Of a stretch of DNA of 64,000 nt, positions 17,478 through 26,868 are shown piece by piece; positions within the stretch are counted from its first letter, which is position 1, and each line of letters begins with the position of its first letter. The translations under genes were made by a program, and so were the position numbers. Source of the DNA: Clostridia bacterium (GTDB lineage Bacteria; Bacillota; Clostridia; TANB77; CAG-508); NCBI GenBank assembly GCA_900770385.1, contig CAAGKK010000016.1:12221-76220 (forward strand), given 5' to 3'. The notes beneath the pieces were generated by a model. It saw only the letters and a list, made by a program, of their open reading frames with translations, was not told the origin of the DNA and made no database searches.

Positions 17478-18668
17478 TTATTTTTCCTCCCTTCTAACAC
17501 CTAAATATCTATAAGGGTCTTCTATTTTTTTACTTAAATCAAGCTTTGCTAAATCTTCGAAAACTGAATTTATATCTTCAGCCTTTGTATCTCTACCACC
17601 AATACCATAAATATAATTTACAGTAGGTACAAATACTTGGTTTGTAAACATTGCAGAAGTTATATCTTCAAACAATGCTCCACCAGCAGCATTTAAAGAA
17701 TCTGCCTTATCTAAAACAGCAATAGCTTTAGCATTTTTTAAAGCGTCAGCAATTTCTTCAGCAGGGAATGGTCTAAACATACGAATCTTTACAAGACCTG
17801 CTTTTATTCCCTGTTTTCTTAAATTATCTACAACAAATTTTGTTGTTCCAGCAGTTGAATTCATACAAACAATAATATAATCTGCATCTTGAGATTTATA
17901 TTCCTCAAAGAAAGAATAATTTCTTCCTGTTAATTTTGCAAAATCTTCTGATACTTCTTTTATTACATTTTTTGCATTTTTCATTGCTTCAGCTTGTTGA
18001 TATTTATGTTCAAATAAATATGCTTGTAAATCTAATGGTCCAACTGCAATAGGTTCTTTTTTATTTAACAAGTAATGTTCAGGATGATATTCTCCAACAA
18101 ATTCTTTTACTTTAGAGTCTTCTATTAATTCAATATTTTCTATAGAATGTGAAGTTATAAAACCATCTTGGCAAATCATTATTGGTAGCATAACATCTTT
18201 ATGTTCTGCTATTCTATTAGCCATAATTGTGTTATCATAAGCTTCTTGATTATTTTCGCTAAATAACATAATCCATCCACTATCACGAACTCCCATTGCA
18301 TCTGAATGATCATTATGTATATTTAGTGGACCAGATACAGCTCTATTTACTAAAGATAATACAATAGGCAATCTAAGGCTTGAAGCTATGTAAATCATTT
18401 CCCACATAAGAGAAAGACCATTTGCAGATGTAGCTGTCATAGCTCTAGCTCCTGCAGCTTCTGCTCCAATACAAGCGCTCATAGCACTATGTTCACTTTC
18501 AACAGCAACAAATTCGGTATCAACCAAACCATTGCTTACAAAAGTTGAAAAATATTGTGGTATTTCAGTAGAAGGTGTTATAGGAAATGCTGCAACAACA
18601 TCTGGGTTTATTTGTTTCATTGCAGTAGCAACAGCTTCATTACCACTTAAGCGTTCTCTAATACTCAT
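17478..18668 (-). CDS. porA: 2-oxoacid:ferredoxin oxidoreductase alpha subunit
   Basis: N-terminus LSGNEAVA..A...NPDVVAAFPITPSTEI is typical of POR_N. 396 aa. Confidence 0.85.
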   Translation of the reverse strand: MSIRERLSGNEAVATAMKQINPDVVAAFPITPSTEIPQYFSTFVSNGLVDTEFVAVESEHSAMSACIGAEAAGARAMTATSANGLSLMWEMIYIASSLRLPIVLSLVNRAVSGPLNIHNDHSDAMGVRDSGWIMLFSENNQEAYDNTIMANRIAEHKDVMLPIMICQDGFITSHSIENIELIEDSKVKEFVGEYHPEHYLLNKKEPIAVGPLDLQAYLFEHKYQQAEAMKNAKNVIKEVSEDFAKLTGRNYSFFEEYKSQDADYIIVCMNSTAGTTKFVVDNLRKQGIKAGLVKIRMFRPFPAEEIADALKNAKAIAVLDKADSLNAAGGALFEDITSAMFTNQVFVPTVNYIYGIGGRDTKAEDINSVFEDLAKLDLSKKIEDPYRYLGVRREEK

Positions 18669-18695
18669 AATTTTTAATCCTTTCTATTTTTAATT

Positions 18696-18977
18696 TTATT
18701 GCATCGTGATTGCTCCGAATGGACATACTTTTGCACAAACACCACAACCTTTGCAATAATCATAGTCGAAATCTTCTCTTTTTTGTTCTTTATTTACAGG
18801 TATAGCATCATCTGGACAAACTGGAAAACATAAACCGCATTGTTTACATTTTTCAGATAAGAAAATTGGTTTAGAAGATCTCCAATCTCCTGTTTTAAAT
18901 TCTTTAGCATTACCAGCTTTGTATATATTACCACCAATTGTTAAATCTTCTGCTGGTGTGTTAGGTGAAATTTTCAT
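18696..18977 (-). CDS. porD: 2-oxoacid:ferredoxin oxidoreductase delta subunit (2x[4Fe-4S])
   Basis: CKQCGLCFPVCP and CKGCGVCAKVCP motifs. 93 aa. Confidence 0.85.
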   Translation of the reverse strand: MKISPNTPAEDLTIGGNIYKAGNAKEFKTGDWRSSKPIFLSEKCKQCGLCFPVCPDDAIPVNKEQKREDFDYDYCKGCGVCAKVCPFGAITMQ

Positions 18978-18996
18978 AAGATGTACCTCCTTAATA

Positions 18997-19578
18997 TTAA
19001 TTTATTTGTTTAATTTCCTTAAGTGCAACTTTTAAAGCGTTCATATTACCTTCGATTACTTCAGGTTTTTTTGCAAATTTATGTTTAAAAGAACCTTCCA
19101 TATCTTTAATTAATTCATCATCTGTCATAACACCAGAAATTTTAACAATTCCAGCCAACATTGGAACATTTGGAAAATATTTTCCTAGTGCATCAACAGA
19201 AATTTTTCTTGCATCTAATGTATAAACGTTTCCTTTGTAATCTTTTAATAAGTCTTTAATTTCATTTTCTGATTTTGTTGTATTAATAATAATTCCGCCG
19301 TTTTCTTTTAAACCAGCTGTTACAGGAACTGTTTCTAATAAAGTGTCATCTACTACTACTACAAAATCTGGCTCATAAATATTAGAATGTATTGTAATAG
19401 GGTTATTGCTTATTCTGTTGTAAGCAGTAATAGGAGCGCCCATTCTTTCTGGTCCATATTCAGGAAACCCTTGAATATATTTTCCCGTATTAAAAGCAGC
19501 ATCGGCTAGTAAAAGTGAAGCAGTTTTAGCACCTTGACCTCCTCTACCATGCCATCTGATTTCAATTAAATCATTCAT
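18997..19578 (-). CDS. porG: 2-oxoacid:ferredoxin oxidoreductase gamma subunit
   Basis: EIRWHGRGGQGAKTASLLLA..A signature. First gene of the gamma-delta-alpha-beta operon. Confidence 0.85.
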   Translation of the reverse strand: MNDLIEIRWHGRGGQGAKTASLLLADAAFNTGKYIQGFPEYGPERMGAPITAYNRISNNPITIHSNIYEPDFVVVVDDTLLETVPVTAGLKENGGIIINTTKSENEIKDLLKDYKGNVYTLDARKISVDALGKYFPNVPMLAGIVKISGVMTDDELIKDMEGSFKHKFAKKPEVIEGNMNALKVALKEIKQIN

Positions 19579-19639
19579 GTATTAACCTCCTTTTATGAAA
19601 TAAAAAATTGAATAAATATTGCTAAATATTAGCATATTA

Positions 19640-19668
19640 AGTATATGATTAATTGTAAAAAAAGTCAA
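19640..19668 (-). promoter_or_regulatory. sigma-A-type promoter candidate for the por operon
   Basis: On the minus strand: TTGACT, 17 nt, TATACT. Confidence 0.45.
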
Positions 19669-19746
19669 ATTTATACTCTATATTCTATTGAAATAGAATA
19701 TAATTTATAATATAATTTACATATAAAATAAACAGGAGAAAAAGAA

Positions 19747-20961
19747 ATGAAATTTAAAACACAAAAAGGTTCAATCTCATTATTAGTATTAATAACAGTA
19801 TTATTTTATTCTAGTTTTTTACTTTTACTTTATGCTAAAAATTTGAATAAAACTACAACTTTGGTGGAAAAAGTAAGAAACATGAAAACAGCATATATAA
19901 ATTCAACTCTAGAAGATGCATATGAACAAATTTTAAATAAAAATACTCAGGGAAGTATAAAAGAAGTTTCTAGTAAAAATAATACAGATACTTCAGTATT
20001 GGAGATTAATAATACAAACCAAGTAACATTGGCTGATTATAGGATTTATGGAGAAGAATATCAAGAAACTGAGAGTATAGAAGGAACAGGCACTCAATAT
20101 TTAGATACAGGTTTAGTAGATACAGAAGGTTGGAATGCAGAAATAGAATTTGACCTATCTAAGTTTGGATCTTCAGTATCAAAATGGTCAGAAATTATAG
20201 GAACTAATGTACAACTAAATGGAACATATTATAGATCATATTTTGCAATAAATAATAGTCATAGTTTTGTTCTAGATGTATACAGTGATTATAATAACTC
20301 AACACATTTAGCAGAGTTAAATAAAAAATATAATGTAAAAGCTTCAACATTTTCTGGTAATGGCTATTTAATAGTAAATGATACAACATATAAAACAACA
20401 AGTGTAACTTTTTCAGCACATGATGGAGCAGAAGAGATTAGCATATTCAAGAAAAATGTTAATGGTAAAAACTCAATAGCCTCAGGTAAGATTTATTATT
20501 GCAAATTTTATGATGCTTCTAAAAACTTAATAAGGGATTTTGTTCCTTGTTATAATAAATCAAGAGGGACAGTTGGAATGTATGATTTAGTAAATAATAA
20601 ATTCCATCCAGGAAGTGGAACAGGGGCTTTTAAAAAAGGTAATGATATAACAGAAAACAGATTATCTAATATAAATGTTGGAGATTTAATTACAGATGAA
20701 GCAGATGCAAATAGTGGAAAATATAAAATAGAAATTAAAGTCACAAACAAAAGTGGAGAAACATATAGTAAATATATATATTTGAATAAACCTTTACTAT
20801 CTGGAGAATATATAGATTATGCTACCAAGAAGGTAGTAAGGAATGATAATACAGCAGAAGATATTGAATTACCCGAAATTACAACATATAATGAATATAC
20901 AAAAATAGAAGTAATAACAAAAACAAAAACACCAGAATTAAAGATAACATACAAAAAATAA
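19747..20961 (+). CDS. hypothetical secreted protein with pseudopilin-like N-terminus
   Basis: N-terminus MKFKTQKG/SISLLVLITVLFYSSFLLLLYA resembles a prepilin-type leader + hydrophobic helix but lacks Glu+5. The C-terminal part contains GKIYYCKFYD..NLIRDFVPCYN...GMYDLVNNKFH. Confidence 0.45.
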   Translation: MKFKTQKGSISLLVLITVLFYSSFLLLLYAKNLNKTTTLVEKVRNMKTAYINSTLEDAYEQILNKNTQGSIKEVSSKNNTDTSVLEINNTNQVTLADYRIYGEEYQETESIEGTGTQYLDTGLVDTEGWNAEIEFDLSKFGSSVSKWSEIIGTNVQLNGTYYRSYFAINNSHSFVLDVYSDYNNSTHLAELNKKYNVKASTFSGNGYLIVNDTTYKTTSVTFSAHDGAEEISIFKKNVNGKNSIASGKIYYCKFYDASKNLIRDFVPCYNKSRGTVGMYDLVNNKFHPGSGTGAFKKGNDITENRLSNINVGDLITDEADANSGKYKIEIKVTNKSGETYSKYIYLNKPLLSGEYIDYATKKVVRNDNTAEDIELPEITTYNEYTKIEVITKTKTPELKITYKK

Positions 20962-21026
20962 ATAAAGTTGGATTTATGGTATTTATTAAATTATGCCATA
21001 CATCCAATTTTTATATGGAGGAAGTA

Positions 21027-21539
21027 ATGAAAATAAATATAGTAATGGTAGAACCAGAAATACCACAAAATACAGGTAATATTGCAAGAACATGTGCAGC
21101 AATAGGAGCAAAACTTCATCTTGTAAAACCATTAGGTTTTAGTATAGATGATAAGCATTTAAAAAGAGCAGGCTTAGACTATTGGGATAAGCTAGATATA
21201 GAAATACATGAAAATTTAAATGATTTCTTGAATAAATATGCTAATAGAGAAGATGGAAAAATTAAATCTAATGTATTTTTAGCAAGTACAAAATCACAAA
21301 AAACATATGCAGATATTGATTATAATGAATTTGAAGAAATATTTTTATTATTTGGTAAAGAAACAAAAGGATTACCAGAAAATTTAATAGAAAACAACAT
21401 GAAACAAGCAATTAGAATACCAATGAAAGAAGGCTTGCGTTCTTTAAATTTATCAAATTCAGTAGCAATAATAGCATATGAAGTATTGAGACAAGTAGGA
21501 TTTGATAAATTGAAACAAACAAGTACATATTTTAGTTAA
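21027..21539 (+). CDS. trmL: tRNA (cytidine/uridine-2'-O)-methyltransferase TrmL (SpoU family)
   Basis: MKINIVMVEPEIPQNTGNIARTCAA...LHLVKPLGF..DDK.LKRAGLDYW. Start moved to ATG 21027 after ggaggaag. Confidence 0.85.
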   Translation: MKINIVMVEPEIPQNTGNIARTCAAIGAKLHLVKPLGFSIDDKHLKRAGLDYWDKLDIEIHENLNDFLNKYANREDGKIKSNVFLASTKSQKTYADIDYNEFEEIFLLFGKETKGLPENLIENNMKQAIRIPMKEGLRSLNLSNSVAIIAYEVLRQVGFDKLKQTSTYFS

Positions 21540-21566
21540 AAATATAAATATTAATAGGAGAGAAGT

Positions 21567-22124
21567 ATGCCAGAATTATTAGATACATTTGATGAAAATG
21601 GAAATAAAACAGGAACAATTATTAAAGGCGAAAAAACAACAGACTATGTTAAATGCTGTTCATGTTTTGTTGTTAATAGCAAAAATCAAGTTTTAATTGA
21701 GAAAAGAGGAAAAACAGTCTTAGATGCAGGAAAATTAGACTTATGTTCAGGTCATATTAGATCAAATGAAACATCAACCCAAGGAATGATAAGAGAATTA
21801 ATAGAAGAACTTGGAATTACTCAAGAAGAAGCAATGAAACTTAAAAAAATTGGCAATCTAAAGGTAGATTTTAATAAAGTTGGTGGCAATTTTAAATGTA
21901 TTACAGATATGTTTATGTTAAAAAGAACAAATGACACTTTAAAATTACAAGATGAAGAAGTTAAAGGTATAGAATATTATGATTTAGAAGAAGCTTTAGA
22001 GTTAATAAGAACAGGTAAAACAAGATTACCATATGATGAAACATATGAAAATATTTTTAGAAAATTAAAGCAAGAATTAGGAATAATTCCTAAAGAAGAA
22101 AATAAAAATATTATGGAAAAATAA
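21567..22124 (+). CDS. NUDIX hydrolase
   Basis: Nudix box GHIRSNETSTQGMIRELIEELGI (GX5EX7REUXEEXGU). Confidence 0.8.
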   Translation: MPELLDTFDENGNKTGTIIKGEKTTDYVKCCSCFVVNSKNQVLIEKRGKTVLDAGKLDLCSGHIRSNETSTQGMIRELIEELGITQEEAMKLKKIGNLKVDFNKVGGNFKCITDMFMLKRTNDTLKLQDEEVKGIEYYDLEEALELIRTGKTRLPYDETYENIFRKLKQELGIIPKEENKNIMEK

Positions 22125-22153
22125 GTTAAAATGCCAATAAAGGTATACATAAT

Positions 22154-22182
22154 TTGACAAAAGTAATAATAAGTAGTATAAT
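22154..22182 (+). promoter_or_regulatory. consensus sigma-A promoter
   Basis: TTGACA (22154-22159), 17 nt, TATAAT (22177-22182). Confidence 0.65.
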
Positions 22183-22340
22183 ATTATTTATGGCGCGTTT
22201 AAAAGTGCCCAAAAGGAGAGTGTTTATTTATTTTAAACGACAATATAAAATACTACACAAAAGAAATATTTAAACTATTTAGAATTACTTTTATAGGGTT
22301 ATTAATTATACTAGGTATTATTTTAATAAAATATAAACCT

Positions 22341-23213
22341 ATGTACAAAGTTAAATTAGGTAATAAAAATATTGGATATATAAGTGAAAAGCAAGAAGTA
22401 GATTCTTATATAAATTCTATAATTGAATCAGAAAAAAATGTAGCATTTGTAGATTTTAAAGAAGACAATATTAATTATGAATTACAATTAGTTAATAGAA
22501 ATGAATATCAAGAAAGTACAAATTTAAAAGATCAAGTAAAAGATAATATTGAAATTCAATATACAACATATGCCATTACAAATAACGGAAAAAACATAAC
22601 ATATGCGTCAACAATGGAAGATGCAGAAATGGTTATAGATAGTTTAAAAGAACAAAAAAAGCAAACAGACGAATTAGGAATATTACAAGTTTATTCTAGC
22701 AATTATGAAGAAATAAAACCAGAAGACATAGATGATATTACAAAAAAAGTTGAAAACGAAATAGAAGAAAACAAAAATAGTATAAAAGTGGCAAAAGTAA
22801 ATAATACTGTAAAAAAAATAAATACAAGTATTTTTACAGTAAAACCTATAAGTGGTACAATAACATCTAGATATGGATATAGAAGTTCACCTGGGGGAAT
22901 AGGCAGCACAAACCATAAAGGACTAGATATATCTGCAAAACATGGAAGCACAATTAAGGCAGCAGCAACAGGAACAGTAAAATTTGCGGGATATAAAGGA
23001 AGTTTAGGTAACCTAGTTATTATAGAAAGTGGAAATGGAATAGAAACATATTACGGACACTGTAGTGCTTTATATGTTTCCAAAGGACAAAAGGTATCAG
23101 CAGGAGATAAAATTGCAGCAGTTGGTAAAACAGGAGCTGCAACAGGACCACATCTACATTTAGAAATACATGTTAATGGGAAAGTTGTTAATCCACAAAA
23201 ATATATATATTAA
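22341..23213 (+). CDS. M23 family metallopeptidase (LytM-type); true start probably upstream
   Basis: HKGLDI, YGHCS and GPHLHLEIH motifs. The coordinates are those of the first ATG. The in-frame upstream region (22203-22340) encodes a TM helix and follows a strong RBS (see findings). Confidence 0.8.
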   Translation: MYKVKLGNKNIGYISEKQEVDSYINSIIESEKNVAFVDFKEDNINYELQLVNRNEYQESTNLKDQVKDNIEIQYTTYAITNNGKNITYASTMEDAEMVIDSLKEQKKQTDELGILQVYSSNYEEIKPEDIDDITKKVENEIEENKNSIKVAKVNNTVKKINTSIFTVKPISGTITSRYGYRSSPGGIGSTNHKGLDISAKHGSTIKAAATGTVKFAGYKGSLGNLVIIESGNGIETYYGHCSALYVSKGQKVSAGDKIAAVGKTGAATGPHLHLEIHVNGKVVNPQKYIY

Positions 23214-23221
23214 AAACAAAA

Positions 23222-23259
23222 AAACACAAATTGAGTATTAATACAATTTGTGTTTTTTT
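23222..23259 (+). terminator. rho-independent terminator
   Basis: aacacaaattg-loop-caatttgtgtt followed by ttttt. Confidence 0.8.
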
Positions 23260-23294
23260 ATAATTTATTGCTACGAAAAAATTCTTTATAAATA

Positions 23295-23328
23295 TTCAGC
23301 CTACATTTTGAGCACTTTCTTTCCAAAT
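23295..23328 (+). repeat. 5' fragment of the 120-nt core
   Basis: ttcagcctacattttgagcactttctttccaaat is identical to the start of the other cores, then diverges. Confidence 0.8.
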
Positions 23329-23344
23329 AATTTCATTGTAATTA

Positions 23345-23434
23345 GTATTTGGAATTTCGTATTTGGCGGTATATAGAAAATTCTTCGAAGTATTTTAACT
23401 ATACTCAAAATACCAAACACAAAACACCAAATAC
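23345..23434. repeat. second palindromic repeat family (GTATTTGG... / ...CCAAATAC arms)
   Basis: Left arm gtatttggaatttcgtatttgg, right arm ccaaacacaaaacaccaaatac. A similar element lies at 40829-40924 and a half copy at 36405-36460. Confidence 0.6.
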
Positions 23435-23545
23435 ATTTAAATTATTAATTATTAATTATTCATCATTCACTATTAATTAAATCATATGTATGGGCGGACG
23501 CATCTGTCCGCCCGTTGCCCAATTTGTAACAAAATAAAAAAAGTC

Positions 23546-23574
23546 TTGAAATTGGTAATTGCATAATATATAAT
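23546..23574 (+). promoter_or_regulatory. sigma-A-type promoter candidate for adhE
   Basis: TTGAAA, 17 nt, TATAAT. Confidence 0.5.
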
Positions 23575-23606
23575 AATTTGGAAATAATATTAAGAGGAGG
23601 AATATT

Positions 23607-26216
23607 ATGGCAAAAGATATAAGCGAAGAAGAGAAGCTTGAAATAAAGAATATGATAGATAGCCTAGTAGAAAGAGCTAAAAAGGCATCAGAAGAATATT
23701 TAAAGTTAGATCAAAAAACAGTAGATAATATTATAAAAGAAATGTCTATGGCAGGTTTGGAAAACCATATGAAATTAGCTAAGATGGCAGTAGAAGAAAC
23801 AGGTAGAGGTATTTATGAAGATAAAATTACTAAAAACATGTTTGCAACTGAATACATTTATCATAATATAAAATACGGTAAAACAGTTGGAGTTATTTCA
23901 GAAAATGAAGAAGAAGGATACGAAGAAATAGCAGAACCAATTGGAATAATTGCAGGTGTTACACCTGTTACAAATCCTACTTCTACTACAATGTTTAAAT
24001 CTATTATTGCTGCTAAAACTAGAAATGTTATTATTTTTGGTTTTCACCCATCTGCACAAAAATGTAGCGTTGAAGCAGCAACTATAGTAAGAGATGCTGC
24101 AATAAAAGCAGGAGCACCAAAAGATTGTATACTATGGATAGATAAACCTTCTGTAGAGGCTACTAACCAATTAATGCATCATCCAGATGTTAATTTAATA
24201 TTAGCTACAGGCGGTACTGGTATGGTTAAGGCAGCTTATTCTTGTGGAAAACCAGCACTAGGTGTTGGACCTGGAAATGTGCCTTGCTATATTGAAAAAA
24301 GTGCAAAACTAAAAACATCTGTAAACGATTTAGTTATGTCTAAATCATTCGATAATGGTATGATTTGTGCATCAGAGCAAGCTGTTATAGTAGATGAAGA
24401 TATTGCATGGGATTTTGAAGCATTAATGAAAGAAGCAGGATGTTATTTTGTATCAGAAGAAGAAAAAGAAAGATTACAAAAAGCTATGTTTGATCCAGAA
24501 AAAGGTAATACTCTAATAGGTTCAATAGCAGGCCAAAGCCCATATAATATAGCTAAAATGGCAGATATTGAAGTACCAAAAGATGCAAAAGTATTAGTAG
24601 TATACGAAACAGGTGTTGGAGAAGAACATCCTTTTTCTAGAGAAAAATTAAGTCCAGTATTGGCATATTATAAAGTTAAAAACAGTGATGAAGGAATTGA
24701 ATTAGCAGAAAAATTATTGGAATTTGGTGGATTAGGACATTCAGCAGCAATTCATTCTGAAAATAATGATATAATTGAAAAATTTTCTGAAAGAGTAAAA
24801 GTTGGAAGAATAATTGTAAATTCACCATCAACACATGGAGCAATAGGAGACATATATAACACAAATATGCCATCTTTAACATTAGGTTGTGGATCATTTG
24901 GTGGAAATTCAACAACATCAAATGTATCTTCAGTAAATTTAATAAATATTAAAAGAGTAGCCAAAAGGAGGGTAAATATGCAGTGGTTTAAAGTTCCAGA
25001 AAAAATATATTTTGAAGCAGGTTCAATTGCTTATTTAGAAAAAATGCCAAACATTACAAAAGCATTTATAGTAACAGATGAATCAATGGTTAAATTAGGA
25101 TATGTAGATAAAATTTTATATCATTTAAGAAAAAGAAATGAATATGTACATTCTGAAATATTTTCAGATGTAGAATCAGATCCATCTTTTGCAACAATTA
25201 AAAGAGGAGTTGCTGCAATGAATAACTTTAAACCAGATGTTATTATTGCATTAGGTGGAGGAAGTGCAATAGATGCAGCCAAAGGAATGTGGCTATTTTA
25301 CGAGTATCCAGAAGCAGATGTTGAAGGTATGAAATTAAAATTTATGGATATTAGAAAAAGAACATATAAGTTTCCTAAATTAGGAATAAAAGCAAAGATG
25401 GTTGCAATACCAACAACATCAGGAACAGGTTCAGAAGTAACTTCTTTTGCAGTTATATCTGATAAAGAAAAAAATATGAAGTATCCATTAGCAGATTATG
25501 AGTTAACACCAGATGTAGCAATTATAGATCCAGATTTAGTAATGTCTCTTCCAAAAACAATTACAGCAGATACAGGCATGGATGTTTTAACACATGCAAT
25601 TGAAGCTTATGTTTCTAATATGGCATCAGACTATACAGATGGATTATCAGAAAAAGCAGCAGAGCTAGTGTTTAATTATTTAAAAGAAGCATATGAACAT
25701 GGAGATAATAAAACTGCAAGAGAAAAAATGCATAATGCAAGTTGTATAGCAGGTATGTCATTTACAAATGCTTTTTTAGGATTAAATCACTCTATAGCAC
25801 ATAAATTAGGAGGAGAATTTCATATAGCTCATGGTAGAGCAAATGCAATATTGCTTCCATATGTTATAAAATATAACAGCCAAAAGCCTACTAAATTTGT
25901 GTCATTCCCTAAATATGAATACTTTATTGCAGATGAAAAATATGCAAACTTAGCAAGAAAATTGGGCTTAAACGCATCTACTACAGAAGAAGGAGTAAAT
26001 TCTTTAATAAAAGCAATACAAAAATTAAATGAAGAATTAAATGAACCAAAATCTATTAAAGAAGCGGGAATAGATGAAAAAGAATTTTTAGCAAAGGTTG
26101 ATGAACTAGCAGATAAAGCATTTTCAGATCAATGTACAACTGCTAACCCAAGAGTACCATTAGTACCAGAAATAAAACAAATCTTATTAGATGCATATTA
26201 TGGAACAGAAATATAA
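23607..26216 (+). CDS. adhE: bifunctional acetaldehyde-CoA/alcohol dehydrogenase
   Basis: 869 aa. N-terminal aldehyde dehydrogenase (catalytic Cys in NGMICASEQ) fused to an iron-type ADH (GGGSAIDAAK, His cluster AHKLGGEFHIAHG). Confidence 0.9.
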   Translation: MAKDISEEEKLEIKNMIDSLVERAKKASEEYLKLDQKTVDNIIKEMSMAGLENHMKLAKMAVEETGRGIYEDKITKNMFATEYIYHNIKYGKTVGVISENEEEGYEEIAEPIGIIAGVTPVTNPTSTTMFKSIIAAKTRNVIIFGFHPSAQKCSVEAATIVRDAAIKAGAPKDCILWIDKPSVEATNQLMHHPDVNLILATGGTGMVKAAYSCGKPALGVGPGNVPCYIEKSAKLKTSVNDLVMSKSFDNGMICASEQAVIVDEDIAWDFEALMKEAGCYFVSEEEKERLQKAMFDPEKGNTLIGSIAGQSPYNIAKMADIEVPKDAKVLVVYETGVGEEHPFSREKLSPVLAYYKVKNSDEGIELAEKLLEFGGLGHSAAIHSENNDIIEKFSERVKVGRIIVNSPSTHGAIGDIYNTNMPSLTLGCGSFGGNSTTSNVSSVNLINIKRVAKRRVNMQWFKVPEKIYFEAGSIAYLEKMPNITKAFIVTDESMVKLGYVDKILYHLRKRNEYVHSEIFSDVESDPSFATIKRGVAAMNNFKPDVIIALGGGSAIDAAKGMWLFYEYPEADVEGMKLKFMDIRKRTYKFPKLGIKAKMVAIPTTSGTGSEVTSFAVISDKEKNMKYPLADYELTPDVAIIDPDLVMSLPKTITADTGMDVLTHAIEAYVSNMASDYTDGLSEKAAELVFNYLKEAYEHGDNKTAREKMHNASCIAGMSFTNAFLGLNHSIAHKLGGEFHIAHGRANAILLPYVIKYNSQKPTKFVSFPKYEYFIADEKYANLARKLGLNASTTEEGVNSLIKAIQKLNEELNEPKSIKEAGIDEKEFLAKVDELADKAFSDQCTTANPRVPLVPEIKQILLDAYYGTEI

Positions 26217-26270
26217 AAAAATGTAAATAATACACATACTTCGACATTTTTCTTATTGCCGAAGTTGTAT

Positions 26271-26312
26271 AATACTTCTATTGGCTTTAAAAAGTCAATA
26301 GAAGTATTATTA
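26271..26312 (+). terminator. hairpin after adhE
   Basis: aatacttctattg-12 nt-caatagaagtatt is a 13-bp stem. The U tract is poor. Confidence 0.55.
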
Positions 26313-26343
26313 TGCGGGGACGCAAAAATCTAAGGAGCAAATT

Positions 26344-26823
26344 ATGCAAGAGAAAAGTTTTAGAGAACTACGGAAGGTAGTAGAAACACTCAGCAAATTC
26401 ACAGAAAGAGATTGGGAGGTGTTGTATAAGCATCTGAATATAGATGTAACACCACAACAACAGACTGTTAGTAGAAGTGAGCGATTTTATAACTTAATGA
26501 AGGAGTTGGGAATACCAGCTAACCTTAAAGGCTATAATTATCTCATTGAAGCAATTTCTATACTGCTGACAGACAAAGAAATGTATGATGGAGCCATAAC
26601 TAAGGAATTATATCCTGCAATCGCAAAGAAGTATAAAACAACTTCTAGCAGGGTAGAACGGGCAATCAGACATGCAATAGAAGTAGCAACAGACCGAGCG
26701 AGTGTTGAAATAATGTATAAAATATTTGGCATGACAGCTTCGGCGGACTCCGGAAGGCTTACAAATTCGGAGTTTATCTATGGAGCAGCAAATTATATAG
26801 AATTGCTGGAATCCAGAGAATAG
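26344..26823 (+). CDS. stand-alone Spo0A C-terminal (DNA-binding) domain protein, no receiver domain
   Basis: ELGIPANLKGYNYLIEAISILL...ITKELYPAIAKKYKTTSSRVERAIRHAIEVA closely parallels the Spo0A effector domain. Only about 50 unrelated residues precede it. The gene is visibly more GC-rich than its neighbours. Confidence 0.8.
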   Translation: MQEKSFRELRKVVETLSKFTERDWEVLYKHLNIDVTPQQQTVSRSERFYNLMKELGIPANLKGYNYLIEAISILLTDKEMYDGAITKELYPAIAKKYKTTSSRVERAIRHAIEVATDRASVEIMYKIFGMTASADSGRLTNSEFIYGAANYIELLESRE

Positions 26824-26829
26824 TCCCTA

Positions 26830-26868
26830 AAGATGCTAAAGTTAATTCTTTAGCATCTTGTTTTTTTT
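26830..26868 (+). terminator. rho-independent terminator
   Basis: aagatgctaaag-ttaatt-ctttagcatctt followed by g + tttttttt. Confidence 0.85.

Larger units (their letters stand above)
23270..23522 (+). repeat. composite repeat with truncated core and nested second-family palindrome
   Basis: gctacgaaaaaattctttataaat + first 34 nt of the core + an unrelated palindromic element + A-unit with hairpin gggcggacgcatctgtccgccc (23492-23513). Confidence 0.8.

Noticed and set aside
23521-23545. Rex-type redox operator upstream of adhE (ttgtaacaaaat)
   Set aside because: It is not a convincing inverted repeat of the TTGTTAA-N4-TTAACAA type. Only a half-site-like string is present.
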